Notes under the pieces: generated by a model
Seen by the model: only the letters and a program-made list of their open reading frames with translations
Told to the model about the DNA's origin: nothing
Database searches by the model: none
Translations under genes and position numbers: made by a program
Assembly: GCF_011745625.1 (NCBI RefSeq)
Contig: NW_027191490.1
Span: 62,001 to 126,000 of the forward strand
DNA from: Cladosporium halotolerans
Lineage: Eukaryota
Length of the DNA: 64,000 nt
Direction of reading: 5' to 3'
Shown: positions 1 to 11,242 of the stretch, piece after piece
How positions within the stretch are numbered: the stretch's first letter is position 1
How the letters are laid out: each line of letters starts with the position of its first letter

Positions 1-385
1 ATCGGTGCTGGATTTGAAGGCCCAAAAGTTGGCGGATGGCTTTACAGTGAATTTAGTATTGGAGGAACTGGTTGAGAAAAACGACACCACCTACAGGCTC
101 AGAGAGGCCAGCGCCAGGGCAGACTATGTCCAGGGCTCTGAATGTCTCGAGAGTGAATTGGAAGGCTGCGTCCAGTTGAGCCCAATCGGTGACATCGGTC
201 TTCTGAAAGATGGCTCTAGGCGAGTCGGTATACTTGTCTAGAGCTTGAGCTTCCTGGCTAAGGGCAATGTCCGCCACAACCACGTTGCATCCCGCTTCCA
301 GGAGACGGAGCGAAAAGGCGAGGGAGATGCCACTGCCGCCACCAGTGACTAGGGCAGTCTTGCCTTTGAGTTCGGGGAGAACCAT
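1..385 (-). CDS. Short-chain dehydrogenase/reductase, 5' part; runs off the window start
   Basis: ATG at 385; TALVTGGGSGIS Rossmann motif, DVTD and DIVCPGAG motifs; intron ~94-40 (GTAGGT...AAAG), then PSANFW in frame. Confidence 0.85.
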
Positions 386-1100
386 TGCTGTCAAGTTATT
401 TGCGAAATGATAGAACCGTGAAGTATGGAAAATGGAAACTTGCGAAACCGGAAGGTAATGCAAACCTTTGTATAGCAGATAAGGGGTACACAGTATATTC
501 CACGGACTCAGGGATGCGTATACATCGGAAGGATCAAGGCTTTACCTAGCTGGGGCAGAGCCAGTGACACGAGCGTTTGAAGGTGCGAGTGGAGCGCGCC
601 GTTGATGAGGTGAAGAAACGGAGGAACGGATTCGGAGCAGGCTCGCAAACGGGTAAGCGCGTGAGATCCATCGGCGGTGGACTAGCCTGGAAGGTGTAGC
701 ATGCGGAGGAGAGCCGCAAGCAGACGCCCCAGATGTGAAGTGAATGGAAGTCCTGTTAAGGTGCATCACGTGGCGCGTCTAATCGAGCGCACCACACGCC
801 GCGTCGCCGTTGCAACGTGCAGCATTCTCGCCTTCCCGCGCCACTCGTCGATCTCGTCATGTGACCGTGCGCCCCCCGCCGAATGTTTGGGGACGGCGCG
901 TCATAATGAAGCTGGCAGCGGCAAGCGGTGAGGTCACAGCTCCATGGAGCTTGCTGGGCCTGGAACCACCACGCTGCCCTCTTTTTCGAAAACATATATT
1001 TGTCGCTTATCCTCCGTCTTACACATCACGCTCACGCAAGCAATCCTATCAACAGAATCGCCTCCACTACCATCGCAATTGTCTAGTGCGCCCGTTAACG

Positions 1101-2573
1101 ATGAAGTTCAATCTGGCCTCGTTGGCCACCGTCGCCTTGGCGACACAGACTGTGACCGCCGACTGGCTGGGCAAGGCTGGTAAGTCTTCCAATGCATCAG
1201 TGTTGGCGGTGCGAGGGTGTCCTCAGTGATCACTCTCGCATCGCCAACCAACTGAGCCAAAACGCGTGACTGCAACACATCCTAACGAATCGTGAGGCCG
1301 CACAGCTTACAACAAGTGGCATGAGACTGAGCTTGAACGCTGGCTCTCCGACCACAACGTCCCCTACCCTACTCCCGCCGACCGCAAGGACCTTTCCGAC
1401 CTTGTTCAGAAGAACTGGGAGAATCACGTCATCAAACCCTACTCCAATTGGGACGCCTCGAAGCTCTCCAACTACCTGTCTTCGACTGGCAAGGAGATCA
1501 AGAAGGGTACCGAGAAGAACAAGGATAGCCTCGTCGTCCAGGTGCAGAATGCCTGGCATGAGACTGCCGATCAAGCCAACGAGGCTTACGGAAACACTCA
1601 AAGCTGGATCTTCAACAGGTAAGTCTCTCACGATATCCTCCGGAGCCAACTCCTGCACCAATGGCCAGCACTAACTTCTCGCAGCTGGACCGACTCTCAG
1701 CTCAAGGCGTTCCTCGACTACCACGGCATCCCCAACCCAAGCCCGCGCACCCGCGATTCGCTACTCCACACCGCCCGCTCCAACTACCAGTCTGCGGCGA
1801 ACAAGGCCGGTGAGACCGCCAGCTATCCTGGTGACTGGCTCTACGCCCAGTGGTCCGACTCTGACCTGAAGGCCTGGCTCGACGAGCGCGGCATTCCTGC
1901 CCCTCAGACCGGCAGCCGCGACAAGCTCATCGCCTCTATCCGCCGTAACTCTTACGTTGCCGCCCAGGAAGCCGACAAGCGTTACAACTCCGTCTCTTCT
2001 CAGGCCGCCGCTGCCCAGGAGAGCCTCTCCAACCAGCTCCTCGACAGCTGGTCTGACAGCCAGGTCAAGGAGTGGCTGGACAAGAACGGCATCCCCGTCC
2101 CCCAGGGTAGCAAGCGCAACGAGCTCGCCGCTCTCGCCCGCAAGCACTCTGCTCGCCTCGCGGGCACTGACGCCAAGAACCAGGCCAACAGCGCGTACGG
2201 CGCCGCGACCTCTTCTGCCGGCAACTACTACGCTCAGGCTACCAACGATGCATACAGCAGCTTCCGCTACTACTACGACTACGTCCTGAACCAGGTCGGT
2301 TTCGCGTCCGAGGAGGCCAAGGCTTCTCTTAGCTCCGCTTCCGTCCAGGCCAGCTCCAGCGCAGTCTCAGCCTCTTCTGCCGCTTCTTCCCTTGCCTCCG
2401 CCGCCTCCAAGTCTGCTGCCAGCGCTAGCACCTCTGCCAGCAAGGCTGGTAAGGACGGCGCCGCCGCTGCTTCCGAGGCTGCCAGGCAGGTCTCCGCCGA
2501 CGCTGCGGCTAGCGCCAAGTCTGCGTCCGCCGCTGCCTCTGCTAGCGCTCAGTCGGCCAAGCAGGAGTTGTAA
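1101..2573 (+). CDS. ish1: Ish1/Msc1-family stress-response nuclear envelope/ER protein
   Basis: Signal peptide MKFNLASLATVALA; introns 1180-1305 and 1619-1684; repeated W(H/T/S)(E/D)xxLxxWL units (WHETELERWLSDHNVPYP, WTDSQLKAFLDYHGIP, WSDSDLKAWLDERGIP, WSDSQVKEWLDKNGIP); C-terminal KQEL*. Confidence 0.85.
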
Positions 2574-2944
2574 GCTGTGATCGATCGGTCACTCGGACAT
2601 TCTACGATGGAAGGTGCCCGTAGAGAGTAGCTTGTCTACTTTCTGCCTACCCTTTCTGAATACCCATCCATAAGCGATGCGCCATCTTCATGTTGTCGAA
2701 GGCGTCTCGATCGAATTACCTCCTAGGGGAGAAAAACGAAGTCATTTACGGCCACGATTGTAATCCTAGTTTTGTTTTGCGTTCGGGCACTCTAGCCTAG
2801 CTTAGGTACGAAGCCTAATATCACGATGATATGCCATTCAAATCACTTCCTTCATTTCCACTTTCTATGCTTCTATCCATTACATTCGTCATCTACATAG
2901 TGACCCATTACCCATTGAACATTCCTTCTTGAAGTCAACATCGC

Positions 2945-3640
2945 TCAAACCAGCCTCACATCCGCAAAGTCCCTCACCTCACTTGTCCTCCCCTCCAGAC
3001 CCGACTGAACATTTCCCACTTGCCGAAGCTCCTCAAACCACGCTTCCAACCTCCCCTCCAACTCCCGCTCCTCAGCACACATCTCCTCAGCAGCCATCAT
3101 CAGCCCATCCGCCTCCGCTACTCCCAACGCAACCGGGACTGCCAACAACAGCTCAGGCGTGTTCGCCGGTCCAACCGGCCTCTCGTCCTGCACCAGCTGC
3201 CGCAGAGGTTTAAGATTCGGCGGCACGGCCGCCAGCGTTGCGCGCCGGAAGGCCGCTTGCTTGCTCGCCGCGTTGGCGCTGCTGCTGCCGGCGCTCTCGC
3301 TAGCTCGGCGGGATGCTTCGCGGTGCGAGCCCGTGTTGTCCATTGTATTGAGCTGGTTGAGCGTGAAGGCGTGCATGGTGCGGGAGTAGTTTGGCAAGGT
3401 CGGGGTCCTTAGGGCTGAGGCTGGTGAGGGGAGCTGGGAGGCTGTGTGCGCGTGGAGGGCGCGGGAGTAGGCTTCTTGGTCGATGGTGCATTGGGTTGGG
3501 TTAGAGGTTAGGCTGGCGGTTGGGGAGCCGGTTGCGGGAAAGCTTTTGTCTGTTGGAGAGGGAGATGGGGTAGGGATGAGATGCGAGAAGAGATGTGGGA
3601 GGCGGGCTTGTTGATTGCGAGGGGCTTGCTGCGATGCCAT
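2945..3640 (-). CDS. Hypothetical protein, low-complexity N-terminus and predicted helical C-terminus
   Basis: 231-aa ATG ORF; internal repeat YSRALHAHT/YSRTMHAFT; no family recognised. Confidence 0.5.
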   Translation of the reverse strand: MASQQAPRNQQARLPHLFSHLIPTPSPSPTDKSFPATGSPTASLTSNPTQCTIDQEAYSRALHAHTASQLPSPASALRTPTLPNYSRTMHAFTLNQLNTMDNTGSHREASRRASESAGSSSANAASKQAAFRRATLAAVPPNLKPLRQLVQDERPVGPANTPELLLAVPVALGVAEADGLMMAAEEMCAEERELEGRLEAWFEELRQVGNVQSGLEGRTSEVRDFADVRLV

Positions 3641-4266
3641 GGTGGAGGGACCTGAGTGGGGAAATTCGTGGCTTTCTGGCCGGTGAGGCAGGTGAAGGGC
3701 AGCGCGATCAGGGAGTCGCAGAGGAAGTAGAAGGCCGGATGCCTTTCTCGAAGAGTTTCGCGAGATGGCATGTCCAGGATGCTTCTCCGTCTGCGCCGTG
3801 CTTGCCTTCTCCTGACGTGGCGCGAGGTGATGGAGTCATCAGCGCCATGGCTGCCACTACAAGCATCTTTGACTTGTTTGCCTTTGTTCTGAGCTCCAGA
3901 CTGAGGGTGTGCTGCTGGCAAGTCACGATGCGGAGGGTCCGGGAACAATGGTCGCAAGCAGGAGATCTCTAACAATGGACGAACTCATGACGCCGCACTG
4001 GCCACATTCCTTTGTCGAGAGCAGCCGCATTCCACTCTTGACTGCATGCCAAGATCGCGTGTCCTTGCGATGCAAGCGGGTGGTGATGGTCGAGCACATT
4101 GATAAAAGACGTCCAGACTCGTAGCAGCAGTCTGCCGCAATGCTGCGGAATTGACGAAAGCGAACACTCGATAGAAATGTAATGATTTTTGCCCCCCAAA
4201 ACGTGCCAGATAGAGATTCAGATTGCAAGACAGATTTCCCTCTGCAGTGTTGACGAGTACGGCAAG

Positions 4267-5067
4267 ATGCCTTGTTGCCTCTGGTCTATCCTTATCTTAA
4301 CGGCTCCGGTGCTGTGTCAGATACCAGATGGCATCCCGCTGTGTGCCAAAGCACCCATCGAAAACGCCATCAAGGCATCAGGCTGCTCTCCAACCGACTA
4401 TGCCTGCCTTTGCGCGAGCCAGCCACTCATGTCGGCGGTTGCGAGCGCCTACACGTCGTGCGGCGAGGAAGCGCAGACGACGTTGACCTCCGCGATTGAG
4501 TCTATGTGTGTTTCATCCGATCACGAGGACTTATCCCAAGAACCTGCAGCGCCTGCAGCGCCTACAGATGACGAAAACGAGGAGCCTGATACGGCGTATG
4601 GCTCATTTGCCAATGCGAGTCCGGTCGAAGTCCAGCCCAGCGAGGAGGCTCCTCCGCCTGAGCCATCAGTCGCCATAGCGTCAGAACCCATCGGATATGA
4701 CCAAACGCACTCCACTTCCACCGTCGAAACGCCGCCCGCACCTACAGAGCTGCCTACCAATATCGCCGCCCCAGAGACTCCGATTACCACCGCTGCGGCT
4801 TCGCTTGCCACAGATACGAGCGAGGCACCCGAATCCAGCTCTTTTCCGGACAGCGTCGTGACCACGCAGCAGATCACCGAAGGAGACCCGACTGGGCTTG
4901 TTGCCGCACCGAGCGATTCTTGCGCTGCCACAGCACAGCAGTCCTGCAATGCTACCGGGACGGTGGCTGTTTTCACTGGGAAGGCGGCGGCTGAAGGAGT
5001 CGCCGCGAGCGCAGGATTATTGGTGTTGGCAGTCGCTGCGATGAGTTGGGCTTTTGCTGAGTTATAG
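4267..5067 (+). CDS. CFEM-domain, probably GPI-anchored cell-surface protein
   Basis: Signal peptide; IPLCA...GCSPTDYACLC...C...C CFEM pattern; S/T/P/E-rich stalk; hydrophobic C-terminal GPI-type signal. Confidence 0.8.
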   Translation: MPCCLWSILILTAPVLCQIPDGIPLCAKAPIENAIKASGCSPTDYACLCASQPLMSAVASAYTSCGEEAQTTLTSAIESMCVSSDHEDLSQEPAAPAAPTDDENEEPDTAYGSFANASPVEVQPSEEAPPPEPSVAIASEPIGYDQTHSTSTVETPPAPTELPTNIAAPETPITTAAASLATDTSEAPESSSFPDSVVTTQQITEGDPTGLVAAPSDSCAATAQQSCNATGTVAVFTGKAAAEGVAASAGLLVLAVAAMSWAFAEL

Positions 5068-5337
5068 GTGGTTGGGTTGAGCAGACCAACGATGGAACCA
5101 GTATCCCTGGGGAGACCTCGCAGGCTCCGGTCCCGATATCGCAGTAGCATGAGTGAAGAATTGATCGTGGAGAGACCAGTGCGAATGCACTAATCAGGAT
5201 TAGCAAAAGGGGTATCTTTATCATTCCAAAGTATCGCTTCAGTGCTCGCCGCTCTACCAATGCTGTTGTACAGACCCAGTACCATGTCCCAACCGTAGCG
5301 CCTAGCTAAACGACAATCAAATCGCCGACACGCCTCG

Positions 5338-6168
5338 TTATTTCTGATCGCCCAGCGCTCTGGCGGCGAGCACGTAGGCGAACAGAGCAGCAGCGACGAT
5401 GTACCACTTGTTCTTCGAAATCCAACTCTGCTCTACAGCGTTCACCGTCTCTCTGCCTCCACCAGCAACCGCTGTGTTCGACTTGTTCGCTGCAGCAGCA
5501 CCACTTTGGTTGGTGGTTTGCTGATGCAGGCCCAGGCTCTTCCCAGTCTGAGGGTTGATCCTCTCGCTTTCCATCCACTTCCAGTTCTCCTCGTCAACCT
5601 CAGGCCACTGCTCCTTGAATCGTTGCCCTCCGTCGCCCGCCTTGATTGCGCCGAAGCCGGTCTTGTTTCCACCCTGTTGTGCCTGAGTCTCCGCAGGCTG
5701 TCCAGAAAGTGTCCTCTTCGTGCTCCCACCGCCCGTGCTGTTCCACCATCTCGTCCTGCTAGCAAACAACTTCCTCTCCGCTTCACTAGCACTCACACTT
5801 CCCGTCGTCATCTCCTCGCTGGTCATGAAACTCAGCACGCCTAGCAGAATCGTGCTAACCTCCCATGCAGGGTTGAAGCTCTTCGGGTGGAAATCGCTAA
5901 TACTCAGACACAGGCGCTCGGAGCAGCGGAACCGACCGCTCGGAGTGTGCATGCGGATCGCGGGCGGAGCGAAAGGATAGTCTGGAGGGAAAACCAGTGT
6001 ACCCCAGTACTGGCCATTCTCGTAGGGTGTGCCGGGTGGGCCGGTCAGGATGTAGTGCCATTCGAGGATGTTGGACTCTGACGGGTGGGCGGTGATGTAT
6101 TCTGGCGGCGAGCGGGACAGCGCCGCGTATTCGCGCGTCAGGCGTTTATGCGCAGCACGAGTGGCCAT
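5338..6168 (-). CDS. UBC6: ER-anchored ubiquitin-conjugating enzyme E2 (Ubc6/UBE2J2)
   Basis: AAHKRLTREY, TPSGRF, RLCLSISDFHP active site, C-terminal TM anchor. Confidence 0.95.
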   Translation of the reverse strand: MATRAAHKRLTREYAALSRSPPEYITAHPSESNILEWHYILTGPPGTPYENGQYWGTLVFPPDYPFAPPAIRMHTPSGRFRCSERLCLSISDFHPKSFNPAWEVSTILLGVLSFMTSEEMTTGSVSASEAERKLFASRTRWWNSTGGGSTKRTLSGQPAETQAQQGGNKTGFGAIKAGDGGQRFKEQWPEVDEENWKWMESERINPQTGKSLGLHQQTTNQSGAAAANKSNTAVAGGGRETVNAVEQSWISKNKWYIVAAALFAYVLAARALGDQK

Positions 6169-6886
6169 GTTTGTGTGTAAAGGGGTTTTCCGAGTATGCG
6201 TGGTCGTAACAAACGCCAGAGCCGTACAGTGATAGGCGTCCGCTCTGGGCGTGTAATGAGATGTTCAGGTTAGGCCTGACGAGTGCCTGGAGCGACTGTG
6301 ATGAATGGCCGCAAATGCGCGGTAATGATCCAGAAATCCAGGGAATTTATGTGGAAATCTTGCAGAAGTTCTGTTGGGAGGGTCATGAAGGTGGCATGTT
6401 TCGGTTGCGAAAGTTGAGCACCACCCATGAGGTCAGCAAAGCCTTGGCGTCTCTGGCCATCCTCCATTCACTGCTGTGGCAGCATCGAGCAGTCAGCCTC
6501 GGTGAACGCAAATTGAAAACTACCTTGAAATGTTCGTTGTGACACAGCCAGATGGCTTTTCAGAGTTTTCGTAGCAATGACCAAGACCTCATCCATCGGC
6601 ATGCCGAGGGCACCTTTCGCTCCTCGTGACCGATCCATCACAGCGCTTAGGTTTGTGGCGGGGCAAAGGCCGAAGTGAAAGAAAGCTACATGCATTGCTC
6701 ACGCCCTTTGTGCATGTCTCAAGCAAATAGCAAAAAATCTGGCCCGATCTGGAAACTTCCCGACACCCCTTATCCTCCATAGCATCGTGATCCAGCATCT
6801 TGTACTACATCTTCTTGACCGCCCATCGCCCTCTCCAACGATCAAGCCTTGAATAGTCCACTACTCACAAACCACAACCGCGAAGA

Positions 6887-7374
6887 ATGTCGGACCTCCA
6901 ACACTACGCCTACGATGGCTTTGGGACCAAGCAGCGCAGAGATGTTTATTACAATCAAGCAGTCCGCATCCCCGCCGGAGCAGATAGGATTGAATGCTCA
7001 GGCCAAGGTGCGAAGTCATAATAACCCCAACCCTAACCCTAGCAACATCAAGCTCACATACGGCAGGCGGCTGGGACCCTAAAACGTTCAAAATTCCGGA
7101 CGACGTGAACGCGCAGATCGACCAGGCTTTCGCGAATGTGGAGCTCACCCTGAAAGATTCCGGTATCAAAGATGGCTGGAAGACGGTGTTTCGTGTCAAC
7201 AGCTATCATGTCGGGCTACAAGGCAACGAACAGGAGACGCTCGCTCGAATGGTGGAGAACATGAAGAAGTATATGCCTGATCACCAGCCGATCTGGACCT
7301 GCATCGGCGTGGCTGCTCTGGCGGAGCCGGAGATGAAGGTTGAAATTGAGGTTGTTGCTTTTGACGAGAAATGA
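6887..7374 (+). CDS. RidA/YjgF/YER057c/UK114-family protein
   Basis: ATG 6887, YYNQAVRIP...RIECSGQG; intron 7008-7066; QIDQAFANVE, WTCIGVAAL, VEIEVVA. Confidence 0.85.
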
Positions 7375-7745
7375 AGGGAATAATCGACGGCGGAAGAGGG
7401 AACCTTGCCGAGCTGAGTATTACGCAAATAGGCGCGATCGGAATTAATGGAGATCTTCCATGCGTTCACTGAAATATCGCAGAGTCACCAAGAACACTGT
7501 CCCATCCTCACAAAAATTGTACACTTCCATTGGTCGAGATGCTCAATTGAAACTTGGGTATATTTTGATTTTGAACGTTGATCGTCGTTGAAATAGTATC
7601 GACACTGCTTCTTACGTGACTATTCGGAGCCCATGGAGACCAGGCGAAGAGCCGTTCTCCTCGATAATGTCACAGCAAGCAAATGCCGCACCACCCCATC
7701 CGCGAAAGACATGGCTGCAGAAGCCAGCAAGCATAGCGAATATGC

Positions 7746-8462
7746 TCACAGACGGCGACCACGGCGACCACCCTTTCTGCGGGTGGAGTCGGAGGGAGTC
7801 GGGGTGACGTCCTCAATACGGCCGATCTTCATGCCGGAACGGGCGAGGGCACGGAGGGCGGACTGGGCACCAGGACCGGGGGTCTTGGTGGAGTTGCCTG
7901 AAAAGAGTCTTAGTATTCTGGAATTCCCTCGACACCATACGCTTTGGGTATACATACCACCAGTAGCCCTGATCTTGATGTGGAGGGCAGTGATGCCGAG
8001 CTCCTTGCAGCGGACGGCGACGTCCTGGGCAGCCAGCATAGCGGCGTAGGGCGAGGACTCGTCACGGTCGGCCTTGACCTTCATGCCACCGGTGACACGG
8101 GAGATGGTCTCACGGCCACTGGAATCACCCAGGTTAGCCTTTGTACCATTTCTTTATTTTTGCACCAAATCGCCAAATGTTCTCGAGTCGCGAAATTCGG
8201 CGGTTGGTGGAGGTTCAGACGTACGAAAGATCGGTGACGTGGACGAAGGTGTCGTTGAAGGAGGCGAAGATGCGGGCAACGCCAAAGACGAGCTCGCCTG
8301 AGAATCGTTCCGTCAGCAATTGTTTCTCGCGATTTTCGCGCCGACCGACGGTGGTCGTTTGTCGCGAATTGGGCGGTTGCAGCGATTCTTACCCTCGCGG
8401 ACCTGGGGGCCCAGGGAGATGTTCTCCTGAGGGGCGCGGGTGACCTGCTTCTTGGGGGCCAT
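7746..8462 (-). CDS. RPS14: 40S ribosomal protein S14 (uS11)
   Basis: MAPKKQ..., [55 protein letters not shown]; introns 8392-8298, 8224-8119, 7957-7898. Confidence 0.97.
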
Positions 8463-8812
8463 GGCGACGGTATTTGACGACTGGGGTGGTGGTATTCGGA
8501 GTCGCTGGAGTCGGCCGTGAAAAGAAGAAGTCTCGCTCGCTGGCGGTTAGCGGGCCGGTGGGGAGGAATTGGAGAGTGTGCGGTGCAGCCTCAGGCTAAA
8601 ATTTCGCCAAGGCCCGAAGCTCGCCGCGGGCAGTCCGAGCACCGCCGCTTTTCATTCGCGACTTCATTCAAAGCCGCGCAGCTTCCCGCCATTTCTTTAC
8701 CACCTGTTCATCTCACGTTTGCACTCGCACACTGCGCAGCGCATCCCAGCGACCGTCGGCCTTTGTTTGCGTAAGGCACGTATGGTGAGCGCGAGGCTCG
8801 CCAACCGCCAAA

Positions 8813-10629
8813 ATGGGCGACGCAGTCGTGGGAATCATCGGAATGGGTGATATGGGCAAGATGTACGCCCGCAGGATCGCCGACGCTGGATGGAGGTAGG
8901 TGCAAAGATCTCGCACGAGTCTGTTTGCACTGTCTCGAAGCACAAATGGTACGTTCGCCCTTTTCCCCGACACGCACCCTCTCCTTGCATCCTGATGACT
9001 TGAGTGCATTTGGCTCGAGTATGGCCGCCTGGCACCAGCCATGCCATCTCGGCGTGGTTGACTGGGCGGCTGTCAATGATGTAAAATCTCAGCTACCTTA
9101 TAATTTTTGTCTGAAAAGCAAAAGAAAAACACATCCGATCTTCACTACCAAACGAAGCGAAGAGTCTGTACTGACTGTGCATCAGATTTTCTATTATTTC
9201 TTAAACTCACTCTGTTCAGGGTACACGCCTGTGACATTCCGGAGAAGTATGATGCTCTTGTCCAAGAGTTCTCTGATCGCGTACGCAGTGCACCAATCCA
9301 ATGTTACATAGTTGTCATATATAGAAAGCATGCTGAGGCTTCAGCAGAAAAACATTACCATATTGCAAAACGGCCATCTTGTCTCCCGCAGCAGTGACTG
9401 GATCATGTACAGCGTCGAGGCCAAGAGCATTGACTCAGTCGTAGCGCGCTTTGGTCCCTCGACTAAGCAAGGCGCTATTGTCGGTGGCCAAACGTCCACC
9501 AAGGCTCCGGAGATCGCCGCTTTCGACAAACACCTTCCCAAGGACGTCGATGTTGTCTCGTGTCATTCACTCCATGGCCCTGGTGTTGATCCAAAGGGTC
9601 AGCCTCTTGTGATCATCAAGCACCGCGCCTCGCAAAAGTCTGTCGACCTGGTGGAGCAGATCCTCAGCTGCTTCCAATCCAAATATGTCCACCTTTCAGC
9701 CGAGATGCATGACCGCATTACCGCGGACACCCAAGCGGTCACACACGCTGCCTTTCTCTCCATGGGCTCCGCTTGGGAGGCCAACAAGCAGTTCCCCTGG
9801 GAAGTGCCGCGCTATATTGGTGGCATCGAGAACGTGAAAATGAACATTACTCTGCGCATCTATAGCAACAAGTGGCACGTGTACGCAGGTCTCGCGATCC
9901 TCAACCCAAGTGCCAAGCGCCAGATTGGGCAGTACGCTGAGAGTGTCACTGAGCTATTCAAGCTTATGCTGGGTGGGCATAGGAAGGAGCTCACGGAACG
10001 TATTCACGCCGCTAGAGCTGCAGTGTTCGGAACGCGCAAGGTAGAGGATGAATTGCTGCTGCACGACGAGCTTCTCGATCAATTCAGTCTGGGTGAGAAG
10101 CCGGCGCAGAAAGTCCGCAACAACCATCTCAGTCTTCTTGCCATGGTGGATTGCTGGTGGAAGTTGGGCATTGTGCCATATGATCATATGATCTGCTCCA
10201 CGCCAGTAAGTTCGCCATGTGGAGCTATAAATACGACAGTTATCTTGCTGACAAGGTCATAGCTCTTTCGTCTTTGGCTAGGCATTACCGAGTATCTTTA
10301 CCGCAACGAAGACCTGCTCAATGAAAGCATTGACAATGCCATCACCGACAGTACTTTCGTGGCGGATGATCTGGAGTTCACTTTCGCTGCCCGGGTATGC
10401 GCGCTTCAACAATTGCCAAAGCTTAACATCATCGCTAACCTTGCACGTGCAGGACTGGTCTAACCGCGTCTCTTTGGGTAACCTAGACGGGTATCGAGAG
10501 AAGTTCGAGAAGATCCAGCAGTACTTCAGCCCTCGCTTCGCAGAGGCCACCAAGGTCGGTAACGAGATGATTAAGACGATCGAGGAGAACCTCAGAGCGC
10601 GGAAGGCGGAGCAGGAGGCAAAGGAATGA
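8813..10629 (+). CDS. TYR1: Prephenate dehydrogenase (NADP+)
   Basis: GIIGMGDMG Rossmann motif in exon 1; GGQTSTK, CHSLHGP, HDRITADTQAVTH, YSNKWHVYAGLA; introns at 8896-9219, ~9281-9347, ~10206-10263, ~10395-10452. Confidence 0.93.
8988..9118 (+). ncRNA. snR13: Box C/D snoRNA, snR13-like (guide for LSU rRNA Am2280/Am2281 equivalent), intronic in TYR1
   Basis: C box TGATGA 8993-8998; guide GCATTTGGCT antisense to LSU AGCCAAATGC; internal GC-rich hairpin ~9024-9070; C'-like ATGATG ~9076; second element GCTACCTTA antisense to LSU TAAGGTAGC; D box CTGA 9111-9114; TGAGTGCATTTGGCTCGAGT matches yeast snR13 as recalled. Confidence 0.88.
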
Positions 10630-11242
10630 AATCACCGAGGAACGACCGCACTGAGCTTTTGCGGACGATGTTACAAACGAGCCAATGAGAAATCCAAAAC
10701 GAAGGTCCAGAACTGAAAGCCACGTGCAGGATCCGCTCGAGGCAATAGTTTCCATTGAATACATATACCTCGGCCGGGTACTCATGCCTCGTTCTCGTTC
10801 GTAAGTAAATCAACTGACATCAAGAGTGGATGCTGTGTACCTTTAAAGTTCGAAGTCGAGCGTTTGCGGACCGGCTCATTCAAATTAACCGTAATCCAGG
10901 AAAGCTCGGGATCTCCTCCACATGATCCCCGGCTTTTAACCCGCCTGCCCACATGTTTACCCCAGGCTCTTAGGGCTCGGTGCCGGCCCGGCACATAGCC
11001 AGGCGCTGCGAATGGTGGAAGATCCGTAGCGTCCTCGCTTCTGGCGCCTCGGCTTACTGCTAGTCATACCAAGACTTCGAACCCGTCCGGCATTGGCTTT
11101 TGAGGCGCTGTGTCAGGCGTCCGCTCGCGTGCAAGCGAGTATGCATCGAGGACGACCGTGCTCAACGGCCATTTTGTATATCATTGCTCGATCGCCAGTC
11201 TGAAGATGGAGTTTCAAGGCACTCGATCAGCCACTCTTCACC

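Noticed and set aside
8119..8392. snoRNAs in RPS14 introns
   Set aside because: Introns are ~95-105 nt with no C/D box pair or evident H/ACA layout
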